A stretch of 64,000 nt of DNA from an uncultured Spirochaetales bacterium (lineage in GTDB: Bacteria > Myxococcota_A > UBA9160 > SMWR01), in NCBI GenBank assembly GCA_964437835.1, contig CAYTJA010000088.1:1357-65356 (forward strand). The letters run 5' to 3'. The position numbers and the translations under genes were made by a program. Under the pieces are notes generated by a model that was not told where the DNA came from, did not search any database, and saw only the letters and a program-made list of their open reading frames with translations. Positions 40,313 through 49,043 of the stretch are shown here, in pieces (the stretch's first letter is position 1; every line of letters begins with the position of its first letter).

Positions 40313-41293
40313 ATGGCCGCAATCTACACGAGCGATGGATCCGATCGGATCATGCGCGGGCGCGCCGCCCACGTGATCCCATTCGGCGGCGGCAAGGGCG
40401 GGGTCGGGAAGACTTTCCTCGTGGCGAACCTCGCGGCGTCACTCGCGCGCGCGGGCTACAAGGTCGTAGCCGTCGACGCCGATCTCGAAGGTGCGAATCT
40501 CCACACCTGCCTCGGGGTGCGCGAGCCCCCCTGCAGTCTGTCGGACTACGTCGCCCAGCGTCAGGACGACGTCGCAAAGCTGGTGCTCGATACGCAGATC
40601 CCGCATCTCTCGATCCTCGCGGGGACACACGCCAACGCGTCGGCGCCGCAGCCGTCGCAGCAGCGGCGCATCGAGCTGCTCGCGGCGCTGCGGCGGCTCA
40701 AGGCCGATTTCGTGCTGATCGACCTCGGCGCCGGCACGCACCCCGCGGTGATGGACTACTTCATGGTCGGCGACGACGGCGTGCTGGTGATCGCGCCCGA
40801 GCCGACCTCGGTCGAGAACGCGTACGCGTTCTTGCGCGCGGCGTTCTATCGCCGGCTGCGGCTCGCGATGCTCTCGCTCGAAGGGCGCAAGCTCGTGACG
40901 CTCGCGATGGACCAGCGCAACGAGCGCGGCATCCGCACACCCTTCGATCTGCTGCGCGAGATCGAGCTCGCGGATCCCGAGGAGGGGGCGCGCTTCGCGG
41001 AGACGATGCGCGCGTTCCGACCTCAGCTCGTGATCAACGAGGCGCGCACCGCCGACGACATCCGCCTCGGATTCTCGATCCGCAGCGTGTGCCGAAAATA
41101 CTTCGGGATCGAAGCCGATTATCTCGGTTACGTGAACCACGACGAAGCCGCACTGCGCGCCGCCCGCGCTCGGGAGCTGGTCGTGCTGGCGAGCCCGAAG
41201 AGCGACGCCGCGATCTACGTGGAGCGCATGGCGCGCAAGCTCGCGCAGCAGCGAACGGCGCAGGTGGGCGCGGCAATGGAGCAGCCTGCATGA
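40313..41293 (+). CDS. MinD/ParA-family P-loop ATPase
   Basis: Deviant Walker A GGGKGGVGKT and a Walker B-like FVLIDLGAG. The ATG at 40313 has a purine-rich SD (AAGGGGGG) ~10 nt upstream. Alternative starts GTG 40304 and ATG 40352. Confidence 0.8.
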   Translation: MAAIYTSDGSDRIMRGRAAHVIPFGGGKGGVGKTFLVANLAASLARAGYKVVAVDADLEGANLHTCLGVREPPCSLSDYVAQRQDDVAKLVLDTQIPHLSILAGTHANASAPQPSQQRRIELLAALRRLKADFVLIDLGAGTHPAVMDYFMVGDDGVLVIAPEPTSVENAYAFLRAAFYRRLRLAMLSLEGRKLVTLAMDQRNERGIRTPFDLLREIELADPEEGARFAETMRAFRPQLVINEARTADDIRLGFSIRSVCRKYFGIEADYLGYVNHDEAALRAARARELVVLASPKSDAAIYVERMARKLAQQRTAQVGAAMEQPA

Positions 41294-41934
41294 AGCCTTT
41301 CTGGGAGCTCGACCACTATGGGGTGCTCGAGACGAGCCGGAGCGCGAGCGGATCCGAGCTCGAGCGCGCCTATCGCCTGGCGCTCTTGACCTACTCCGAC
41401 GACTCGTTGGCCGGCTACTCGCTCTTCGGCGAGGGCGATGCAGCGGCGCTGCGAGACCGCATCGAGACGGCCTATCGGGTGCTCTCGACTCTCGACGCAC
41501 GCCGGCTCTACGATGCCTCGCTCGCCGCGGGCGAGCCGGAGCCGGCCGAGTTCGAGCCGGCGGTCGTTCCGGCGCTGCGCGCCGAGCCTTTGCCCGCGCC
41601 AGGGCTCTCGCCGCCGCGCGCCCGGAGCCCGATTCCAGCTCAGTTGTTCGAAGAGGAAGACGAGCGCGGAGACTACAACGGCGCACGCCTGCGCCGCGCC
41701 CGGCTGCGCCGTGGCCTCGAGATCCAGAAGATCGCCGAGCTTACGAAGGTGAGCCCGCACAACCTCCAGCTGATCGAGGAGGAGCGCTACGGCGCGCTGC
41801 CCGCGGCCGTCTATGTGCGCGGCTTCGTGCAGGCCTACGCGGACTGCCTCGGCCTGGACGGCCGCGCCGTCGCGCGCAGCTACCTGCAGGGCTTCGAAAC
41901 CGCCCGCCGCGAAAGCCCGAAGCAGCGCCGCTAG
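41290..41934 (+). CDS. J-like domain (no HPD) fused to a RodZ-type helix-turn-helix domain
   Basis: The ATG overlaps the upstream stop (ATGA). N-terminal DHYGVLETSRSASGSELERAYRLALLTYSDDS is J-domain-like, with YSD in place of HPD. C-terminal LRRARLRRGLEIQKIAELTKVSPHNLQLIEEERYGALPAAVYVRGFVQAYADCLGLD matches the cytoplasmic HTH of RodZ. No TM segment. Confidence 0.7.
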   Translation: MKPFWELDHYGVLETSRSASGSELERAYRLALLTYSDDSLAGYSLFGEGDAAALRDRIETAYRVLSTLDARRLYDASLAAGEPEPAEFEPAVVPALRAEPLPAPGLSPPRARSPIPAQLFEEEDERGDYNGARLRRARLRRGLEIQKIAELTKVSPHNLQLIEEERYGALPAAVYVRGFVQAYADCLGLDGRAVARSYLQGFETARRESPKQRR

Positions 41935-42026
41935 CACGGACCGGAGCGGTCGCAGGGACGGCCCGATGCTCCCAGGCAGCCTTGCATGGCTACGGGCTTG
42001 CCCGAGAGAATCCGAGCCTCCCTACA

Positions 42027-42992
42027 ATGGCCTGCGTGCCGGCGATTGCTCGCGGCGAGGGGGCTCCAGTGCTCGAGTTCGTGGTCGGGGAGGACGCGGA
42101 GATGCAGCGCCTCGATCAGGCGCTCGCGGCTGCCGCCGGTGTGACGCGCTCGCAGGCGCGCCGCTGGATCGACGCGCGCCGTGTGCGACTCAACGGTGCC
42201 GATTGCCGCGCGAGTCAAAAGCTGCATGCCGGCGACCGCATCGACGCCGATCCGCCCGAAGCGATTCCCGCGCCGCAGGGCGCAGAGCCGCTCGAACTCG
42301 CGGTGATCCACGAGGACGCCGACTTGATCGTCGTCGACAAGCCGGCCGGGATGGTCGTGCATCCTGCGCCCGGCCACAGCAGCGGAACACTCGTGAACGC
42401 GCTCCTGTACCACTGCCGCACGCTCGCCGGCGTCGGCGGCGTGCTGCGGCCGGGTATCGTGCATCGGCTCGACCGTGGCACTTCCGGCGTGATGGTCGCT
42501 GCCAAGAGCGACGTCGCGCACCAGGCCCTCGCCGAGCAGTTCCGCGACCACTCGATCGAGCGACTGTATCTGGCCTTCGCGCGCGGGCTGCCCAAACAGG
42601 ACACGGGACGTGTCGACTGGCCGATCGGGCGCCACCCGCGCGACGGCAAGCGCATGAGCGTGCACACGCGACACGGCCGCGAGGCGCACTCGGCGTGGCT
42701 CGTGCGCGAGCGCTTCCCGGCCGCGGGTGTCTCGCTGCTCGAGGTGCGGCCAGAGACCGGCCGCACGCACCAGATTCGCGTTCACCTCGCAGCCTCGGGC
42801 CTTCCGCTGCTCGGGGATCCGGTCTACGGGCGCGCTTCGGGCGGGCCGCTGCTCGCGCGGCCGGCTCTGCACGCCGCGCGGCTCGACTTCACACACCCGC
42901 GCAGTGGAGCGCGGCTTCGCTTCGAGTCGCCGCTCGCGCCGGATCTGGGCGCGCTGCTCGTCTCGCTGCGCGAAGGCAGCGCGCGCCGATGA
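42027..42992 (+). CDS. rluD: 23S rRNA pseudouridine synthase, RluA family with S4 domain (RluD-type)
   Basis: S4-like N-terminus (RLDQALAAAAGVTRSQARRWI), the catalytic HRLDRGTSGVMVAAKS motif, and GRTHQIRVHL. The start is uncertain (ATG 42027, GTG 42069, ATG 42102). Confidence 0.85.
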   Translation: MACVPAIARGEGAPVLEFVVGEDAEMQRLDQALAAAAGVTRSQARRWIDARRVRLNGADCRASQKLHAGDRIDADPPEAIPAPQGAEPLELAVIHEDADLIVVDKPAGMVVHPAPGHSSGTLVNALLYHCRTLAGVGGVLRPGIVHRLDRGTSGVMVAAKSDVAHQALAEQFRDHSIERLYLAFARGLPKQDTGRVDWPIGRHPRDGKRMSVHTRHGREAHSAWLVRERFPAAGVSLLEVRPETGRTHQIRVHLAASGLPLLGDPVYGRASGGPLLARPALHAARLDFTHPRSGARLRFESPLAPDLGALLVSLREGSARR

Positions 42993-43690
42993 GCGCGAGT
43001 GCCGAGGCACTGCGGCATCCGCTGCTCGAATCGCCGGTGGTGCCGCACGGCTTCGGCGTGCGTGGCGCGCCCGAGCCGCAGGGCGCGCTGCGCCCGCAGC
43101 AGGTGCACGGCCGCGACGTCGTGCGCGCCGAGCAGCTCGGCGCGGGCGAACGCCCCCGCGCCGATGCGATCGTCTCGTCGCGTCCCGGCCTTCCGATCGC
43201 CGTCGTCACGGCAGACTGCGTGCCGATCCTCGTGGCCGCGAGCGGCGGGCGCGCGGTGGCCGCGATCCACGCCGGTTGGCGCGGCCTCGCCGTGGGGGTG
43301 CTCGAAGCCGGCCTCGACATGTTAGGCAACGCCGTGCCGGGCGGCAGCACTTGCGCCGCGGAGTGGATCGCCGTCATCGGGCCCCACATCGGCCCCTGTT
43401 GTTACGAAGTGGACGAGCCCGTGCTCGACGCGCTCGCGAGCCGTTACAGTGGCGAGCTCGCGCGCTGTCTGCGGCCGTCGCGGCCCGGTCACGCGTTCCT
43501 GGATCTCGGTGAGCTCGCGCGCTGCACGCTGCTGCGCGCCGGCCTCCGCTTCCTCAACGTGGGGGCGATTCCAGGCGCGTGCACTCGCTGCGATGCCGAG
43601 CGCTTCCACTCGTTCCGCCGCGATGGTCCCGCTGCCGGGCGCCTGCTGCATTTCATCGCGGCCCGGTCCGAGGCGCCAGAACAGGGTTGA
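42989..43690 (+). CDS. pgeF: YfiH/PgeF family (laccase-domain, purine nucleoside/peptidoglycan-editing) protein
   Basis: VVTADCVPILV...AAIHAGWRG...CCYEV...CTRCDAERFHSFRRDG. The ATG overlaps the rluD stop (ATGA). Confidence 0.88.
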   Translation: MSASAEALRHPLLESPVVPHGFGVRGAPEPQGALRPQQVHGRDVVRAEQLGAGERPRADAIVSSRPGLPIAVVTADCVPILVAASGGRAVAAIHAGWRGLAVGVLEAGLDMLGNAVPGGSTCAAEWIAVIGPHIGPCCYEVDEPVLDALASRYSGELARCLRPSRPGHAFLDLGELARCTLLRAGLRFLNVGAIPGACTRCDAERFHSFRRDGPAAGRLLHFIAARSEAPEQG

Positions 43691-43715
43691 CACGCCCAAA
43701 CCTCCCGCATAGGAT
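43687..43715 (+). promoter_or_regulatory. Near-consensus sigma70-type promoter at the head of the 525-nt rho upstream region
   Basis: TTGACA (43687-43692, overlapping the pgeF stop), a 17-nt spacer, then TAGGAT (43710-43715). Confidence 0.45.
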
Positions 43716-44120
43716 TTCGACGATTCCAAAGCAGCTGTGCCGCGGCCTGTAGAGGCCATCCCAGGCGAGCCCTGGAACCACGGAGTCGGTACGCCTCGAA
43801 GCTGCGGGCGCCGCCGATACGGGGTCACCCCCGATCCCGAACGAGCCTGACCGCCGAGCATCGACCCCTTGGGGTCTCTCAGCCGAGGCAGGGCGCAGAT
43901 TTCCAATCAACTTTTTTTGCAGGGGATCCGAAGCTAGAGGAAACACAGGGCTCCATCAGATCGCGCTCGTGGACCGGTCTCTGCCAGGCCGCCCATCCCC
44001 CGGGCCAAAGCTCTGCACGTGCCGCGTGCAGCGCAGCGCCCCCGCGGCTCCACCGCAGATTCGGGCTCGAGAGCGATTCCCCCGCCTGACTCCCGATTTC
44101 CCTGGGAATGACTCACGCGA

Positions 44121-44200
44121 CACAGCTTCTTCCAACCACACTCATTGATTCGAATCCAACCTCACACCCCGTAACGATCCCAGCGATCGCGAATCAACTG
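44121..44200 (+). promoter_or_regulatory. C-rich/G-poor, low-GC leader segment immediately upstream of rho (rut-like)
   Basis: In CACAGCTTCTTCCAACCACACTCATTGATTCGAATCCAACCTCACACCCCGTAACGATCCC my hand count gives roughly 25 C against 5 G. This is very atypical for the window. Confidence 0.4.
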
Positions 44201-44214
44201 GAAAGCGAGACACC

Positions 44215-45765
44215 GTGACTAGCCAGCGAATCCCGGAAGCCAATTCCCAGCCCGGCCCTGGAGCAGGGGGCCCCGCTGGCGGAAATCGCTCGCGCCGCGG
44301 CCGCGGCCGCCGCTCGCGCGGAGGCAATGGACGCGACCCGCGCGACCCGCGCGATCCCCGCGATTCCCACGATCCCCGCGATTCCCACGATCTCCGCGAT
44401 TCCCGCGATCCGCGCGATTCCCGCGATCCGCGCAGGCTGCGGATGGACTATCCGGAAGACGATTCGCTCGACGACTTCGTCGACCGCGGCGACGACGAAG
44501 ACGACACCACCGAAAAGCTCCACGTCAACGACCTCAAGGCACGGTCGATGCAGGACCTCACCGACCTGGCAGAGTCCCTGCTGGTCGAGAACGCCGCCGG
44601 CAAGCGCAAGCAGGATCTGATCTTCGAGATCCTGAAGGCGCAGACCGCCAAGCAGGGCAAGATCTACGCGGAGGGCGTGCTCGAGACCCTGCCGGACGGC
44701 TTCGGCTTCATGCGCGCGCCGGACCAGAACTACCTCGCCGGTCCCGACGACATCTACGTCTCGCCGTCGCAGATCCGCCGCTTCAACCTGCGTACCGGCG
44801 ACACCGTCGTGGGTCAGATCCGACCTCCGAAGGAGGGAGAGCGTTATTTCGCGCTGCTGAAGGTCAAGTCCATCAACTTCGAGGCGCCCGAGAAAGCGCG
44901 CCACAAGATCCTGTTCGACAACCTGACGCCGCTGTATCCCCAGGTGAAGTTCAACCTGGAGGCGCGCACGGGCGGAGTGACCACCCGCATCATCGACCTG
45001 ATCTCTCCGATCGGTAAGGGACAGCGCGCGTTGATCAATTCGCCGCCCAAGGCCGGCAAGACGATGATCCTGAAGGACATCGCGAACGCGATCGTCGAGA
45101 ACCACCCCGAGGTCTACCTGATCGTGCTGCTGATCGACGAGCGGCCCGAAGAGGTGACCGACATGAAGCGCAACGTGAAGGCCGAGGTCGTGTCCTCGAC
45201 CTTCGACGAGCCGGCCACGCGCCACGTGCAGGTTGCCGACATGGTGATCGAGAAGGCCAAACGCCTGGTCGAGCATCAGCGAGACGTAGTGATCCTGCTC
45301 GATTCGATCACGCGCCTGGCGCGCGCCCACAACACCGTGGTGCCGCATTCGGGCAAGATCCTCTCGGGTGGCGTCGACTCGAACGCGATGCACAAGCCGA
45401 AGCGCTTCTTCGGCGCGGCGCGCAACGTCGAGGAGGGCGGCAGCCTCACGATCGTGGGCACCGCACTGATCGACACCGGCTCGCGCATGGACGAGGTGAT
45501 CTTCGAGGAGTTCAAGGGCACCGGAAACAGCGAGCTCGTGCTAGACCGCAAGCTCGCCGACCGGCGCACCTACCCGGCGATCGACATCAACCGCTCGGCG
45601 ACGCGGCGCGAAGAGCTGCTGCTTCCCGAGAAGACGCTGAACCGCATGTACATCCTGCGCAAGGTGTTGCAGCCGCTCTCACCGGTCGACTCGATGGAAT
45701 TCCTGCTGGAAAAGATCAAGGCGACGGACACCAACCAGGAGTTCCTGGAGTCGATGAATTCGTGA
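44215..45765 (+). CDS. rho: Transcription termination factor Rho with an N-terminal R/G/D-rich extension
   Basis: Canonical Rho from [21 protein letters not shown] (N-terminal helix bundle), through GFGFMR and the CSD-like RNA-binding domain, P-loop PPKAGKT, and the Q/R loops, to the C-terminus. GTG 44215 gives a 116-aa extension. The alternative ATG 44443 would leave the repeat region untranslated. Confidence 0.93.
   Translation: MTSQRIPEANSQPGPGAGGPAGGNRSRRGRGRRSRGGNGRDPRDPRDPRDSHDPRDSHDLRDSRDPRDSRDPRRLRMDYPEDDSLDDFVDRGDDEDDTTEKLHVNDLKARSMQDLTDLAESLLVENAAGKRKQDLIFEILKAQTAKQGKIYAEGVLETLPDGFGFMRAPDQNYLAGPDDIYVSPSQIRRFNLRTGDTVVGQIRPPKEGERYFALLKVKSINFEAPEKARHKILFDNLTPLYPQVKFNLEARTGGVTTRIIDLISPIGKGQRALINSPPKAGKTMILKDIANAIVENHPEVYLIVLLIDERPEEVTDMKRNVKAEVVSSTFDEPATRHVQVADMVIEKAKRLVEHQRDVVILLDSITRLARAHNTVVPHSGKILSGGVDSNAMHKPKRFFGAARNVEEGGSLTIVGTALIDTGSRMDEVIFEEFKGTGNSELVLDRKLADRRTYPAIDINRSATRREELLLPEKTLNRMYILRKVLQPLSPVDSMEFLLEKIKATDTNQEFLESMNS
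44332..44430 (+). repeat. 11 tandem 9-bp units (CGCGAYYCN; 18-bp higher-order period) inside the rho 5' region
   Basis: CGCGACCCG x2, then alternating CGCGATTCC / CACGATCCC / CGCGATCCG units. In the rho frame they read [33 protein letters not shown]. Confidence 0.95.
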
Positions 45766-45786
45766 CCCCAGGCCGCTCGGCTCGGA

Positions 45787-46866
45787 ATGCCTGTGTCGGA
45801 GCTCCTCGACAAGATCGAAGTCTTCGAGCAGCGGGCGAACCGACTCGAGGAACAGCTCGCAGATCCCGCCATCGCGACGCAGGCCGGCGAATACGCGCGG
45901 CTCGCGAAGGAGCTTGCGGCGCTGCGCCCGGCCGCGCACTGCGCCGCGCGCTACCGCCGTTTCCTTTCGGAGCAGGCGAGCGCGCGCGCGATGCTGGCCG
46001 AGCCCGACGCCGAGCTGCGCGAGCTCGCGAAAGTCGAGCTGCGCGAGCTCGAGGCGCGGGAGCCCGAGCTCGAGCGCGAGCTGCGCGGGCACCTCATCCC
46101 GCGCGATCCGAACGACCAGAAGAGCGCGATCCTCGAGATCCGGGCCGGCACAGGCGGCGACGAGGCCTCGCTATTCGCGATGGAATTGTTTCGCATGTAC
46201 ACGCGTTATGCCGAGCGGCAGGGCTGGAAGGTCGAGCCGCTCTCGCTCTCCGAGAGCGAGGCCGGCGGGATCAAGGAAGTCGTCGCCGGTGTCTCCGGCC
46301 TGGGCGCCTTCAGCCGGCTCAAGTACGAGCGAGGCGTGCACCGCGTGCAGCGCGTGCCAGCGACCGAGAGCCAGGGCCGTATCCACACCTCGACCGTCAC
46401 GGTCGCGGTGCTGCCCGAGGCCGAAGAAGTCGACATCCAGATCGATCCGAAAGATCTGCGCGTCGACGTCTTCCGTTCCTCGGGCCCGGGTGGCCAGAGC
46501 GTGAACACGACAGACTCCGCCGTGCGCATCACCCATATTCCGACGAACGTCGTGGTGCAGTGCCAGGACGAGGAGTCGCAGCACAAGAACAAGGCGCGCG
46601 CGATGAAGATCCTGCGCTCGCGCCTGCTCGAGGCCGAGCAGGCGCGGGTAGACGCGGTGCGCGCGAACGAGCGCCGCTCGCAGGTAGGCCACGGCGAGCG
46701 CAGCGAGAAGATCCGCACCTACAACTATCCGCAGTCGCGGGTGACCGATCACCGGGCCGGCGTCACGCTGCACCAGCTCGAGAAGATCGTGCAGGGCGAT
46801 CTGGATCCGATCCTCGACGCCGTCCACGTCCACATGACTTCGCAGGCGCTCGGAGAGAAGCGATGA
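45787..46866 (+). CDS. prfA: Peptide chain release factor 1
   Basis: The PAT tripeptide ([14 protein letters not shown]) marks RF1, and the GGQ motif is present ([12 protein letters not shown]). Confidence 0.97.
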   Translation: MPVSELLDKIEVFEQRANRLEEQLADPAIATQAGEYARLAKELAALRPAAHCAARYRRFLSEQASARAMLAEPDAELRELAKVELRELEAREPELERELRGHLIPRDPNDQKSAILEIRAGTGGDEASLFAMELFRMYTRYAERQGWKVEPLSLSESEAGGIKEVVAGVSGLGAFSRLKYERGVHRVQRVPATESQGRIHTSTVTVAVLPEAEEVDIQIDPKDLRVDVFRSSGPGGQSVNTTDSAVRITHIPTNVVVQCQDEESQHKNKARAMKILRSRLLEAEQARVDAVRANERRSQVGHGERSEKIRTYNYPQSRVTDHRAGVTLHQLEKIVQGDLDPILDAVHVHMTSQALGEKR

Positions 46867-47780
46867 ACGGGGATCCGCCGCTCGCGGACCTTCGCGGTGT
46901 TGCGGAGCGGGCGGAGAAGCAGAGCTGGACGCTGCTCGAGCTGCTGCGCTGGACCACGGCGCATTTCGAGGCGCGCGGAATCGAGAGCGCGCGGCTCGAC
47001 GCGGAGTGCCTGCTCGCGGGCGCGCTCGGAGTCGACCGGCTGCGCCTCTACCTCGATTTCGAGAAGCCGGTGCTGCCGGAAGAGCGGGCTGTGTACCGCG
47101 AGCTGGTGCGGCGCCGCGCGGGCGCGCGTGTGCCCGTGGCCCAGCTGCTCGGCCGCAAGGAATTCTGGTCCCTCGACCTCGCGATCACCCCGGACGTCCT
47201 GGTGCCGCGGCCCGAGACCGAGGTTCTGGTGCAGGCGACGCTCGATACGCTGCCCGACCGCGCTGCCCCCGTGCGAGTGCTCGATGTGGGAACTGGATCG
47301 GGGGCAATCGCCCTCGCTCTGGCCCGCGAACTCCCAGCGGCTTTGATTACGGCCACCGATATCTGCGAAAAAGCGCTGGAGGTTGCGCGCTCGAATGCCG
47401 ATCAGCTGCGGCATGCAGATCGAATCGAGCTCCTGTGCGGGCGCAGCTACGAGCCGACAGCCGGCCGCCGCTTCGACCGGGTGGTTTCAAACCCACCGTA
47501 CCTGGCGGACTCGGAGCGGGGGGAGCTGGCGCCGGAGCTGTGCCACGAGCCCCCGGGCGCGTTGTTCGCAGGCGTGGAGGGCCTCGACGTGCTGAACGAG
47601 CTGGTTTCGGGAGCCGCCGCGATGCTCGAGCCCGGCGGCTGGCTGCTCGTCGAGCTGGCCCCGCAGCAGGCTCCCGGAATCGCAGTACGCTGCCGCGCCG
47701 CAGGGGCGGAAAGCGTGCAGATCCACCGCGACCTGGCCGCTCGGCCGCGCGTCGTGGCGGCACGCTTCGGAGGTCGCTAG
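46863..47780 (+). CDS. prmC: Release-factor glutamine N5-methyltransferase
   Basis: The ATG overlaps the prfA stop (ATGA). SAM motif [13 protein letters not shown] and catalytic NPPY (VVSNPPYL). Confidence 0.92.
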   Translation: MNGDPPLADLRGVAERAEKQSWTLLELLRWTTAHFEARGIESARLDAECLLAGALGVDRLRLYLDFEKPVLPEERAVYRELVRRRAGARVPVAQLLGRKEFWSLDLAITPDVLVPRPETEVLVQATLDTLPDRAAPVRVLDVGTGSGAIALALARELPAALITATDICEKALEVARSNADQLRHADRIELLCGRSYEPTAGRRFDRVVSNPPYLADSERGELAPELCHEPPGALFAGVEGLDVLNELVSGAAAMLEPGGWLLVELAPQQAPGIAVRCRAAGAESVQIHRDLAARPRVVAARFGGR

Positions 47781-47783
47781 CGC

Positions 47784-49043
47784 ATGGATCGGATCGTCGT
47801 GACCGGCGGGGTTCCGCTCGCGGGCGAGGTTGCGGTCTCGGGTTCGAAGAACTCGACGCTCGCGCTGATGGCCGCTGCACTGCTGGGCAGCGGCGAGACC
47901 CGGCTGCGCAACGTCCCGCGCCTGCGCGACACGCTGGGCATGCTCGAGCTGATCCGCGCGCTCGGCGTCCGTGCGGACTGGGACCCGGAAGATCCCCACT
48001 GCGTGCGCATCGACGCGCGCCGCATCACGAACCCCGTGGCTCCCTACGAGCTCGTGCGCAAGATGCGCGCGTCGTTCATGGTGCTGGGCCCGCTGCTCGC
48101 GCGCTGCGGACACGCGCGCGTGTCCGAGCCCGGCGGCTGCGCGATCGGCGTCCGGCCGGTGGACCAGCACCTGAAGGGGCTCGAGGCGCTCGGCGGCAAG
48201 ATCCGGCTCGACCACGGCTACGTCGAAGCTACGAGTCACGGCCTGCGCGGCGGCTCGGTGGCCTTCGACGTGACGACCGTGAACGGCACGCAGAACGTCA
48301 TGATGGCGGCGACGCTCGCGGACGGCGAGACGGTGCTCGAGAACGCCGCGCGCGAGCCCGAGGTCGTCGAGCTCGCGTCGGTGCTGCTCAAGATGGGCGC
48401 CGAGGTGATCGGCGCCGGCACCGACCGCATCGTCGTGCGCGGCGTGCGCTCGCTGCGCGGCGTACAGCATCACGTCGCGGGCGATCGCATCGAGGCCGGC
48501 ACGCTGCTCGCCGCGGGCATCGCGACTCGCGGCAGGGTCACGCTGCGCGGCATCGACAGTGCGCTGCTCGAATCTACGCTCGACAAGCTGCGCGAGCTCG
48601 GCGCCGAGATCGAGAGCGGACCCGACTGGCTGCGCGCGCAGATGGCCACCTCGCCGCGCGGGATCCGCGTCGTGACAGCGCCCTTCCCGGGCTACCCGAC
48701 CGACATGCAGGCGCAGATCATGGCCGTGCTGTGTCTCGCCCAGGGCTCCTCGGTGATCGAGGAGCGCGTGTTCGAGAACCGCTTCATGCACGTGCCGGAG
48801 CTGCTGCGCCTGGGTGCGGATATCCAGGTCTCCGGGCGCGCGGCCCACATCCATGGCCGATTGCACCTGCAGGGGGCGCCCGTGATGGCCACGGATCTGC
48901 GGGCCTCCGCCGGGCTCGTCGTCGCCGCGCTCGCGGCCGAAGGCGAGACGGTCGTGAACCGCGTCTACCACATCGATCGGGGTTACGAGCGAATCGAAGA
49001 GAAACTCTCCCATCTGGGAGCTCGGATCCGACGCGAGGGATGA
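47784..49043 (+). CDS. murA: UDP-N-acetylglucosamine 1-carboxyvinyltransferase
   Basis: [34 protein letters not shown]..., 419 aa, with the EPSP-synthase-like fold pattern throughout. Confidence 0.96.
   Translation: MDRIVVTGGVPLAGEVAVSGSKNSTLALMAAALLGSGETRLRNVPRLRDTLGMLELIRALGVRADWDPEDPHCVRIDARRITNPVAPYELVRKMRASFMVLGPLLARCGHARVSEPGGCAIGVRPVDQHLKGLEALGGKIRLDHGYVEATSHGLRGGSVAFDVTTVNGTQNVMMAATLADGETVLENAAREPEVVELASVLLKMGAEVIGAGTDRIVVRGVRSLRGVQHHVAGDRIEAGTLLAAGIATRGRVTLRGIDSALLESTLDKLRELGAEIESGPDWLRAQMATSPRGIRVVTAPFPGYPTDMQAQIMAVLCLAQGSSVIEERVFENRFMHVPELLRLGADIQVSGRAAHIHGRLHLQGAPVMATDLRASAGLVVAALAAEGETVVNRVYHIDRGYERIEEKLSHLGARIRREG

Noticed and set aside
43793-43889. 5S-rRNA-like strings (CCCGAAC ... 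GGGGTCTC) upstream of rho.
   Set aside because: The candidate is only ~97 nt. The terminal helix pairs for just 5 bp, the order and spacing of the conserved 5S loops do not fit, and there is no adjacent 23S/16S.
44140-44165. tRNA T-loop-like GATTCGAATCC, and a search for tRNA-Sec (selC) near selA (also GCTCGAATCTCGAAC at 37982 and the 38011-38095 region ending in GCCA).
   Set aside because: The flanking bases give at most a 3-bp T-stem. I could not build an acceptor stem, a D-arm or a UCA anticodon loop on either strand.
44327-44620. Alternate-frame ORF through the rho repeats ([20 protein letters not shown]..., 97 aa) and the antisense 399-aa ORF at 44194-45393.
   Set aside because: Both are by-products of the 9-bp repeat being open in several frames and of antisense openness over rho. 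Neither has a family signature, and both overlap the unmistakable rho frame.
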